A DNA stretch of 6,307 nucleotides from a virus, in IMG/VR virus record IMGVR_UViG_3300020026_000012, positions 1 through 6,307 of that record; one strand, written 5' to 3'. The notes under the pieces are model-generated. The model was not told where the DNA came from. It saw only the letters and a list, made by a program, of their open reading frames with translations, and did no database searches. Positions 1 through 5,350 of the stretch are shown piece by piece. How positions within the stretch are numbered: position 1 is the first letter of the stretch; each line of letters begins with the position of its first letter. The position numbers and the translations under genes are program-made.

Positions 1-112
1 GAGGAAAGAGATTTGATTCTGTAAATCCAATGGAATGGAAGGATTTAGGTCGCACCACTTTTGGCATTTGAGTATAAAAGTCGGGTAAAGCGACAAAACT
101 ATTAACATACGA
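1..112. repeat. Terminal redundancy, left copy (identical to 6196..6307). It marks a circular genome of 6195 bp.
   Basis: Base-by-base comparison of 1..112 with 6196..6307 found no mismatch. Confidence 0.97.
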
Positions 113-850
113 CGCAACATATGGAGCTGCGAATCCTCTCGACAATGATGCATCACAACGTCCGTAAGACCAAGCCTTAGATACATTTTCACAAACAGTT
201 TTCGAGAATCGTTCGGAATTGGAAAACAATAGCAAATGCCAATGCGGGCGGAAACTGGTAGGACCGTATTCTGATACAGCGTAGTAACGTAATTTTTCAT
301 CTGAATAATAACTTCTTAAACGTTTTAAAAATAAATCAAGGTCACGATTACAAACATAAGGAATTCTATTAGGAACGTTATGCTTAATTTTCCCAAGAAT
401 AGACAATAAATCCTTAGGTTTCATAGGATAAGAAAAGCTTACCTTAGGGTCTTTGAATGTACGCTCAACAGTAGAGTTCTTTAACTTAACAGAGGCACTA
501 CGAGGAGCGCTATGAAAACTAAACAAATAAGTATTAGGGTCACCAGCGTCCAACTCATTAATGTTCGGAACACAAGGCACATCAGCAACATCATCCGTAC
601 AAGTTTCAACAATCGAAACCTCCAAAGTAGGAAGAAAGCGAGGAGCATAAGTAAGAGTAACAAAATATACATAACGGAATTGAGAAGAATAAGTAGTGAG
701 TAAATTTGTTTGAATAGCAGAACGACGAAGGACACAAGAAGGACAACAACCACAGGGAACAACAACGGACTCATGCGTATACTTATTGACAACCGTACGA
801 GGGTGCTGACAACGTGTCACTAACTTATTTTGTAATTCCTTAGTAATCAT
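1..850 (-). CDS. VP4: Replication initiation protein (Rep, VP4/A-like HUH endonuclease), N-terminal 283 codons. The ORF runs off the left window edge and continues on the circle into 6195..5351. Full gene = complement(join(5351..6195,1..850)), 564 aa.
   Basis: Hand translation from the ATG at 850..848 gives MITKELQNKLVTRCQHPRTVVNKYTHESVVVPCGCCPSCVLRR..., the Cys cluster typical of microvirus VP4 N-termini. It contains RCR motif I FVTLTY, the HUH motif RPHWHLLLF (H-W-H codons at 244..236) and a two-tyrosine motif YVASY (121..107) with the same spacing as phiX174 A protein YVAKY. There is no stop down to base 1. The frame is continuous with the 303-aa ORF of the right-hand copy (M262 = ATG at 67..65 = 6262..6260). 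The start overlaps the upstream stop as ATGA. It is absent from the ORF track only because it has no stop inside the window. Confidence 0.9.
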   Translation of the reverse strand, partial: MITKELQNKLVTRCQHPRTVVNKYTHESVVVPCGCCPSCVLRRSAIQTNLLTTYSSQFRYVYFVTLTYAPRFLPTLEVSIVETCTDDVADVPCVPNINELDAGDPNTYLFSFHSAPRSASVKLKNSTVERTFKDPKVSFSYPMKPKDLLSILGKIKHNVPNRIPYVCNRDLDLFLKRLRSYYSDEKLRYYAVSEYGPTSFRPHWHLLLFSNSERFSKTVCENVSKAWSYGRCDASLSRGFAAPYVASYVNSFVALPDFYTQMPKVVRPKSFHSIGFTESNLFP

Positions 851-1155
851 TTTCTATTAATAAAATTAAGTTCCATTTGACGAGGCTTGCGACCACGAGC
901 AAAGGAAATGTGAACAAAAGTGCGATACTTTATAAGTTGGTCAAACTTGAAAGGAGATTCTTTAATCACATAGATTAAAGAATCAACCGAAAAATCCAAA
1001 GGCTTTAAATCAATAGCATCTCCAGTCAAATGTTGAGAATTCTCAGAACCATTACATGCCTCATTTTGTTCCTTAGTACGAAAAGCTGAAGTGACAGTAA
1101 AATGAAGGTTTCGACAGAGGAGCCACTCAACAAATTTCATTAATTCAGGGTTCAT
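847..1155 (-). CDS. Peptidase M15-family (M15_3/M15A-like, zinc D-Ala-D-Ala carboxypeptidase/endolysin fold) cell-wall hydrolase, 102 aa
   Basis: The segment TVTSAFRTKEQNEACNGSENSQHLTGDAIDL matches the family signature SGYR-x4-N-x3-GG-x2-NSQH-x2-G-x-A-x-D (H42-x6-D49). A distal FVHIS (H82) sits where the family has FVHVD. The protein has no signal peptide. Its TGA stop overlaps the Rep ATG (ATGA at 850..847). Confidence 0.75.
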   Translation of the reverse strand: MNPELMKFVEWLLCRNLHFTVTSAFRTKEQNEACNGSENSQHLTGDAIDLKPLDFSVDSLIYVIKESPFKFDQLIKYRTFVHISFARGRKPRQMELNFINRK

Positions 1156-1158
1156 AGC

Positions 1159-1182
1159 TTACGATTACGATTACAATTACGA
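1159..1182. repeat. Four tandem hexamers, TTACGA TTACGA TTACAA TTACGA on the + strand (TCGTAA/TTGTAA on the gene strand)
   Basis: Read directly from the sequence. On the minus strand it reads TCG TAA TTG TAA TCG TAA TCG TAA GCT ATG. That is four TAA stops in the frame of the 29-aa ORF, immediately before the peptidase ATG, which is in the same frame. Confidence 0.95.
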
Positions 1183-1266
1183 AAATATCTGAGCAATAGA
1201 CGTAAGAAGACTAACAGCAGCTGCAATAATTGCAGACCAAATTTTAGATTTAGTATCACTTTTCAT
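1177..1266 (-). CDS. Small single-pass membrane peptide, 29 aa (MKSDTKSKIWSAIIAAAVSLLTSIAQIFS). Candidate holin-like or lysis accessory protein.
   Basis: Hand translation from the ATG at 1266..1264 to the TAA at 1179..1177. A charged N-terminus (K2,D4,K6,K8) is followed by about 20 hydrophobic residues. It sits directly upstream of the M15 peptidase and overlaps the upstream ORF stop by 11 nt (ATGAAAAGTGA). It is too short for the ORF track. T-rich strands readily give hydrophobic short ORFs, so coding status is uncertain. Confidence 0.3.
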   Translation of the reverse strand: MKSDTKSKIWSAIIAAAVSLLTSIAQIFS

Positions 1267-1429
1267 GAGAAAATGATTTAAAAGTTGAACATTGAGAAAT
1301 AATAAGAACACAATCAGGGCAGAGATGAGAAGAAACAAAATCAGAAATAGACTCGACGGGGACGAGAATAGTCTCGTTCTGATTAGGATTTACCTTAGAC
1401 TGTACAGAGCACAAATAGCAATTTTCCAT
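1256..1429 (-). CDS. Small cysteine-pair protein, 57 aa, putative zinc-ribbon (MENCYLCSVQSKVNPNQNETILVPVESISDFVSSHLCPDCVLIISQCSTFKSFSHEK). Function unknown.
   Basis: Hand translation from the ATG at 1429..1427 to the TGA at 1258..1256. The pattern is C4-x2-C7-x29-C37-x2-C40. It is the first ORF downstream of the promoter-like motif. It falls below the ORF-track length cutoff. Confidence 0.4.
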   Translation of the reverse strand: MENCYLCSVQSKVNPNQNETILVPVESISDFVSSHLCPDCVLIISQCSTFKSFSHEK

Positions 1430-1471
1430 AACACTTAAAATTTTAATTATACATTGATTTTAAACACAGAA

Positions 1472-1504
1472 CAAAGATATAAATAAAAATTTGAAGAAAG
1501 CAAA
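1472..1504 (-). promoter_or_regulatory. Bacteroidetes-type promoter candidate: -33 TTTG (1504..1501), a 21-nt spacer, then -7 TATCTTTG (1479..1472)
   Basis: The gene-strand sequence reads tgtgtaTTTGctttcttcaaatttttatttaTATCTTTGttctg. TATCTTTG is a perfect match to the Bacteroides -7 consensus TAnnTTTG, and the upstream TTTG lies at the far end of the reported spacing range. It sits in a ~17% GC spacer, about 45 nt upstream of the first ATG (1429). The AT-rich context makes chance matches plausible. Confidence 0.35.
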
Positions 1505-1545
1505 TACACACATATATTATTAACATAAATAAACAAAAGCTATAT

Positions 1546-1832
1546 GGGTGGACGGCTGGTCTGTGAGTTTGCGTTATTCAGACAAGAGGAGACTGAAAGC
1601 GATGAGGTAAATCGCTTTCCCTTCGGGCAAACTCATGTAGACTTCGTCAAATAATATTTTAGGGTTATAGCAGCGACGGCAGAGAGGAGCTCTCCGGGAA
1701 ATTGCTTACGCGTTGCGAACGTTAAGCTTAAAGGATAGCAGTACTATAGCCTTCGGCTCTGATTTCAGTCCTAACGTCCCGAAATTCAGAAGGTGTATAA
1801 CCACGCTACGCGCGGTTGCCAAAAGTTACTCC
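1546..1832. other. Hairpin-dense, GC-enriched non-coding module. It could be a structured ncRNA or an ssDNA structural element such as a complementary-strand origin or priming signal. Strand is undetermined.
   Basis: There is no credible ORF; the longest ATG ORF on the gene strand is 20 aa (1636..1574). Domain 1 is closed by a 9-bp helix, 1564-1572/1627-1635. It encloses 1577-1581/1593-1597, the perfect 9-bp hairpin 1595-1603/1611-1619 (loop GAGGTAA) and C(TTCG)G at 1621-1626. Domain 2 is closed by a 7-bp helix, 1663-1669/1796-1802. It encloses hairpins 1682-1686/1690-1694, 1704-1710/1720-1727, 1735-1738/1744-1747, 1748-1751/1755-1758 and 1758-1766/1781-1790. My hand count gives about 45-47% G+C here, against about 17% in 1441..1545. 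Confidence 0.5.
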
Positions 1833-1867
1833 AAAAAAAAACCCGGCGCGTATCACTACGAACCGGG
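1833..1867 (-). terminator. Rho-independent terminator of the structural gene block
   Basis: The gene strand reads CCCGG-tt-CGTA-GTGA-TACG-cg-CCGGG followed by T9 (1841..1833). That is a 5-bp plus 4-bp stem with a GNRA-type GUGA loop, starting 35 nt after the VP2 stop. On the + strand the hairpin is followed by AGGGAAAAAA, so it works in one direction only. Confidence 0.65.
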
Positions 1868-1902
1868 AGGGAAAAAACGAAAAGAAGCACAGAAAATTAA
1901 TA

Positions 1903-2973
1903 CTAACGATGAGGTATGAAATTACCTATAGTATTACCAATACTAACACCATAACCTATCCTTTTATCAGTATCAAAATACATATGTTTTTTCTTTTCAT
2001 TTCGAGAGCGATACCAATCCTCAATATTCTTACTACGAGCATTATCCTGAGGAAGACCTAATCTAAGCTCTTCATTATGATAAGCAGCAGAAGATTGATT
2101 GGCAGCAATATTAGCAGCAATTTGAGACTCAGCAATAGCAAAACCAACCTCATTAGAAATATTCTGACCACGTGTACGAGCAGCGGCCAAAGCTTCCTCA
2201 GCTATAGCCTTTTTAGCTTCAGCATAAGAAAGATATCCAGAAGACATACGTTGGTAATAGTCCGCGGCCTTAACATTCAAATCGAGCTGCTGTTGTTGGT
2301 CAAGATACTTATTCATAATACCTTTAGCCTCATTATCAAGAAGCATACCAGAACGCTGAGCACGCATAATAAGACCTGTCATTGCCATATTATCAACTTC
2401 TTGTTGTTCCTTGGCATAACCAAGCTGAGCACGAGCCAATCCAGTAGACCTCAAATAATTACGGGTTTCATCAGTAAGTTTTCCCCAATCAATATTGGAA
2501 AGAGTTTCCATTGCCTTAGCATCAGCAAGTTGTCTAGCACCTTGCAATTGAGATTTTTCAGATTGCATCAACTCGTATTGGAAAATGTTACCAATGGAAG
2601 AACTAATACCGGAATAATCAGCCTGAAAAGGTTGCATGACAGCAGAACCAGAAGAAGAAGCAGAAGCACCGGTACCAGCTGATTGAGCAATACCAGATGA
2701 ACCTCCGTTCATCATCAAATAAGGATTCAAACCAGCTTCCTCGAGACGTTGGCGTTGAGCAGAAGCAGTGTTATAAGCATTCTCCTTATTCCACATATTC
2801 TCCTGCCAATTACGCTGCTGTATCGCCATACGTTCGTTAAACTGGTTATTCATCTGATTAATCTTATAATTCATCTGATTGGTCTCCCGGACATTCTGCC
2901 TATTCTGTGAATTCTGAATAGAAGAAGAACCAACACCAAGAAGACCACCAGCGATTGAACTCAAAAGACCCAT
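1903..2973 (-). CDS. VP2: Minor capsid / DNA pilot protein VP2, 356 aa
   Basis: The protein has a Gly/Ser-rich N-terminus, a Q/N-rich coiled region and the conserved block ...NTASAQRQRLEEAGLNPYLMM..., the AGLNP motif typical of gokusho/alpavirus VP2. It sits downstream of the capsid and scaffold genes. Its start overlaps the upstream stop (TAATG at 2975..2971). Confidence 0.85.
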   Translation of the reverse strand: MGLLSSIAGGLLGVGSSSIQNSQNRQNVRETNQMNYKINQMNNQFNERMAIQQRNWQENMWNKENAYNTASAQRQRLEEAGLNPYLMMNGGSSGIAQSAGTGASASSSGSAVMQPFQADYSGISSSIGNIFQYELMQSEKSQLQGARQLADAKAMETLSNIDWGKLTDETRNYLRSTGLARAQLGYAKEQQEVDNMAMTGLIMRAQRSGMLLDNEAKGIMNKYLDQQQQLDLNVKAADYYQRMSSGYLSYAEAKKAIAEEALAAARTRGQNISNEVGFAIAESQIAANIAANQSSAAYHNEELRLGLPQDNARSKNIEDWYRSRNEKKKHMYFDTDKRIGYGVSIGNTIGNFIPHR

Positions 2974-3455
2974 TACTCAGAGGATGCAGGTTCAGCGGAA
3001 GCAGCAACCGCCTTTTCTGTCTCTTGTTTAGCATTTTCAGCATCAATCAATGCTTGAGCTTGAGACTCAAGATGCTCAGCATAAGCAGACAACTCCTTAG
3101 ACCAAGCAATAATTTCAGAAGGAGCCTGAATATGCCGAGAACGTACCGTTGCCAAAAGATCATCATCAGACATCGTATCCATTATTTGTTGAATTTGAGA
3201 AGAAGACTGGTTGCTTTGTCCAAAATTAGAAGCAACAGCAAGACCAGCACGGGAAGCCAAATCCTTAGTATGAAGGATTAACCGAATATCAGAAGTATAA
3301 CGCACCGGGCAAAATTCTTCAGTATCATAAATTTCTACACGAAGTTGCTCGGTAGAATCAAACTGAGGAGCAACAGCGAAAGCGTCAGGCTCAACATTAG
3401 GAATAAGACCGGAACCTTGTTCCAGACATTCCAAAGAATTAAATTTTCCTATCAT
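2973..3455 (-). CDS. Acidic 160-aa protein in the position of the internal scaffolding protein (VP3-like). The function is assigned by position and composition only.
   Basis: It is a clean ORF between VP1 and VP2 and is translationally coupled to VP2. It has an acidic, Ala/Glu/Gln-rich predicted helical C-terminus (ELSAYAEHLESQAQALIDAENAKQETEKAVAASAE). I do not see the gokushovirus VP3 signature, so the name is tentative. Confidence 0.55.
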   Translation of the reverse strand: MIGKFNSLECLEQGSGLIPNVEPDAFAVAPQFDSTEQLRVEIYDTEEFCPVRYTSDIRLILHTKDLASRAGLAVASNFGQSNQSSSQIQQIMDTMSDDDLLATVRSRHIQAPSEIIAWSKELSAYAEHLESQAQALIDAENAKQETEKAVAASAEPASSE

Positions 3456-3469
3456 AATCGAAACAAAAA

Positions 3470-5317
3470 CTAATAAGGCACACCATCACGAGACAAATTA
3501 CGGGCAACGTGGCAACCGATATAAGAATTAATAAGAAGTTGGTCAGTATCCCAAGTAGAATCCGCAGCAACTCCAAATATAGGATCAAGAACGGAAGGAT
3601 TAACCTTAAAGAACTTGTAATTCAAAACAACCTTATTCTGTTTGTTAACATCGCCTTCATTATAACCAAATCCAAACCATCCAGAAAGGAGAGATTCGGT
3701 AACAGGAGAAACCCAAGATTTAAGAGTGGTAGTAAAGGCACCGTTAATAACGTCAAGCTTTGTCTTCCAATTGAAATAACGAGGATTATAACCTGCATTG
3801 AACAGATTAACAATAGAAGCTCTTGGAGAATTAAAAATCTGTGTCATAGGAAGGACTTCCATGCCAATATTATCAAACTCCGGAATAGGGAGGGATTCAG
3901 CATCAGTTACAAGGAGCTGGCCATCCTGACCAGTAATTGTGTAATCAAGCAAAGGAACAGCATGATAAATACACATAATGACACAATGCTCGTTAGTAGT
4001 GTAAGTGAAAGAACCGTTACCAGCACCAACACCTTTACCAGCAATAACAGCAGTATCACTCTCAGCGGCAAGATTATTATTTACAACCTCACTGATATCA
4101 AGATTACGAGAAATTCCACCAATATAAGTACACAGATTGGAAAGAGCTTGAGGCAAGCTTACACCAAAATGTTTACGTATCTGTTCACGGTAATCGCTAT
4201 CTCCAGATTGGCTAATCTCTTTCCAACGTTGAAGAGCTTCAACTTGACGAAGAGCAAGAACTGTAAACTGAGACTTCAAAGAAGACAAATCAACACGAAG
4301 AGTAGAAGAAACAGGTATTGAATTAGTCGAAGAAGCATTTAAAGCAAAGAGAGGAACAGGAGAAGCATTAGAAGTAACAGCAGAAGCTATACCTAACTTA
4401 CTATTAGAGTTCCCAAGTCCTAAAACAACATCAGGCTTACCGGAATTGTCAATATCAAGAACAGCAACATCACCAAATTGAGAGTTCGGAAGAACACCCA
4501 TCAACATGTCTTTGTTCCAGTTACAATATTTGAGGTCAAACATTGTGTCAGACTTCCAATAAGCAGAATCAACAGAAGGCATAGAAGAAACCAAGTAAGG
4601 ATCAACACCTGAAAAATAGTCCACATTATAGGAAGAAGGATTTGCATTTTCCCATTGAGACCAACGGAAAAAATCTTGATAAATCTTCTGATAAGCAAGA
4701 AGAGGGAAAACATTCACAACATTATTCTGAATATAGGCCTGAGTATAAGGAGAAGAAGCTTCATACTTTAAAGTTGTAGACCACCAACGATTGCCAGAAG
4801 AAGGAGTATTAAGTATAACATTTCCATAACCAAGATAACTTAAAAGCTTATAGCCTAAATCACCACGATTAAAACCAAACATATTATTTAAAGAAGAAGA
4901 ATTGCCAGGATTGACACTATTTCCATTAAGCCTACTCAAAGCTTGATAAAAAAAGTTGAGAGGTAAAGAAGGTAAATAAGCACCAAGAGACAAATTCTGA
5001 GTAAAAGACAAAGCCTGAATCTGATTGATATCCTGCATTTGAGTTAACACAGTAGGAGCAGACTTCCAGAGAAGACGCAAGGGTACAGCATAAAAATCAA
5101 AGTACTCACGCAACCGGGTATAAGCAGAAGTTTCAACAGGCTGAGTACGGGTAAAATACTCAACGTCAAACTTATACTTATCTCCGGGCATAGAAATATC
5201 CCAGTACACAGGGAGAAGCTCTCCAGCTTTCGCAGTGAAAGCATTTTTACGACCAATATCAAAACCAGAACGGTGAGGCCTATTTTGAAGATTGGACATT
5301 CCAGTATAAGAAGCCAT
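3470..5317 (-). CDS. VP1: Major capsid protein VP1 (Microviridae F-protein family), 615 aa
   Basis: The N-terminal block HRSGFDIGRKNAFTAKAGELLPVYWDISMPGDKYKFDVEYFTRTQPVETSAYTRLREYFDFYAVPLRLLW and the later LRQVEALQRWKE...IRKHFGV...YIGG are hallmark conserved segments of microvirus major capsid proteins. It is the longest ORF in the window. Confidence 0.95.
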   Translation of the reverse strand: MASYTGMSNLQNRPHRSGFDIGRKNAFTAKAGELLPVYWDISMPGDKYKFDVEYFTRTQPVETSAYTRLREYFDFYAVPLRLLWKSAPTVLTQMQDINQIQALSFTQNLSLGAYLPSLPLNFFYQALSRLNGNSVNPGNSSSLNNMFGFNRGDLGYKLLSYLGYGNVILNTPSSGNRWWSTTLKYEASSPYTQAYIQNNVVNVFPLLAYQKIYQDFFRWSQWENANPSSYNVDYFSGVDPYLVSSMPSVDSAYWKSDTMFDLKYCNWNKDMLMGVLPNSQFGDVAVLDIDNSGKPDVVLGLGNSNSKLGIASAVTSNASPVPLFALNASSTNSIPVSSTLRVDLSSLKSQFTVLALRQVEALQRWKEISQSGDSDYREQIRKHFGVSLPQALSNLCTYIGGISRNLDISEVVNNNLAAESDTAVIAGKGVGAGNGSFTYTTNEHCVIMCIYHAVPLLDYTITGQDGQLLVTDAESLPIPEFDNIGMEVLPMTQIFNSPRASIVNLFNAGYNPRYFNWKTKLDVINGAFTTTLKSWVSPVTESLLSGWFGFGYNEGDVNKQNKVVLNYKFFKVNPSVLDPIFGVAADSTWDTDQLLINSYIGCHVARNLSRDGVPY

Positions 5318-5350
5318 AAAAACAAAATTTAAAAATTAAACATATACATA

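Noticed and set aside
1-112. The 112-bp direct repeat at both window ends, read as LTR-like, att or transposon ends
   Set aside because: The copies are exact, sit at the extreme ends and lie inside a continuous coding frame. This is the signature of a circular contig linearised with overlap.
481-792. Leu/Phe/Val-rich minus-strand ORFs in alternative frames (481..792, 3622..3813, 4501..4713, 5044..5325, 5641..5898, 5965..6303), considered as possible embedded phiX E-like or K-like membrane genes
   Set aside because: The coding strand is T-rich, so off-frame translation is automatically hydrophobic. All of them sit inside well-supported genes, and none has a distinctive motif or a plausible start context. 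I cannot exclude an overlapping gene without comparative data.
1514-1524. ATATTATTAAC, a 10/11 match to the phiX174 origin core ATATTAATAAC, considered as a candidate Rep nick site
   Set aside because: It lies on the window + strand, antisense to the genes, whereas the phiX nick is on the gene-sense viral strand. The surrounding DNA is ~17% GC, where such AT-only matches arise by chance. It is only worth testing if ori mapping is done.
1505-1533. A dif-like/XerCD site (ACACACATATATTATTAACATAAAT compared with E. coli dif) that could mediate lysogeny, and the duplicated ATAAATAAA at 1479..1487 and 1525..1533
   Set aside because: Only about 14/25 identities to E. coli dif, with the XerC arm not matched. 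I do not know the Bacteroidetes dif consensus well enough to judge. The short AT-only repeats are not significant in this composition.
1587-1610. AGGAG followed 10 nt later by the mini-ORF ATG AGG TAA in a hairpin loop on the + strand, considered as a lambda bar-like minigene or leader peptide
   Set aside because: A two-codon ORF is expected by chance. It lies on the strand with no other genes, and the inferred host type does not rely on SD sequences. It is better explained as part of the hairpin 1595-1603/1611-1619.
1713-2061. The + strand ORFs of 68 aa (1713..1919, TTG start) and 81 aa (1816..2061)
   Set aside because: They run through the terminator hairpin and its A9 tract, and then antisense into VP2. 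They use non-ATG or weak starts, and their composition is dictated by the poly-A run (KKKPG, KKRK).
3509-4321. The long + strand ORFs antisense to structural genes (270 aa at 3509..4321; also 201 aa at 2077..2682 and 108 aa at 2955..3281)
   Set aside because: They are fully embedded antisense to VP1, VP2 and the VP3-like gene, which have strong family signatures. Their products are low-complexity (R/S/N/I/K-rich). This is what an A-rich antisense strand with few stop codons produces.
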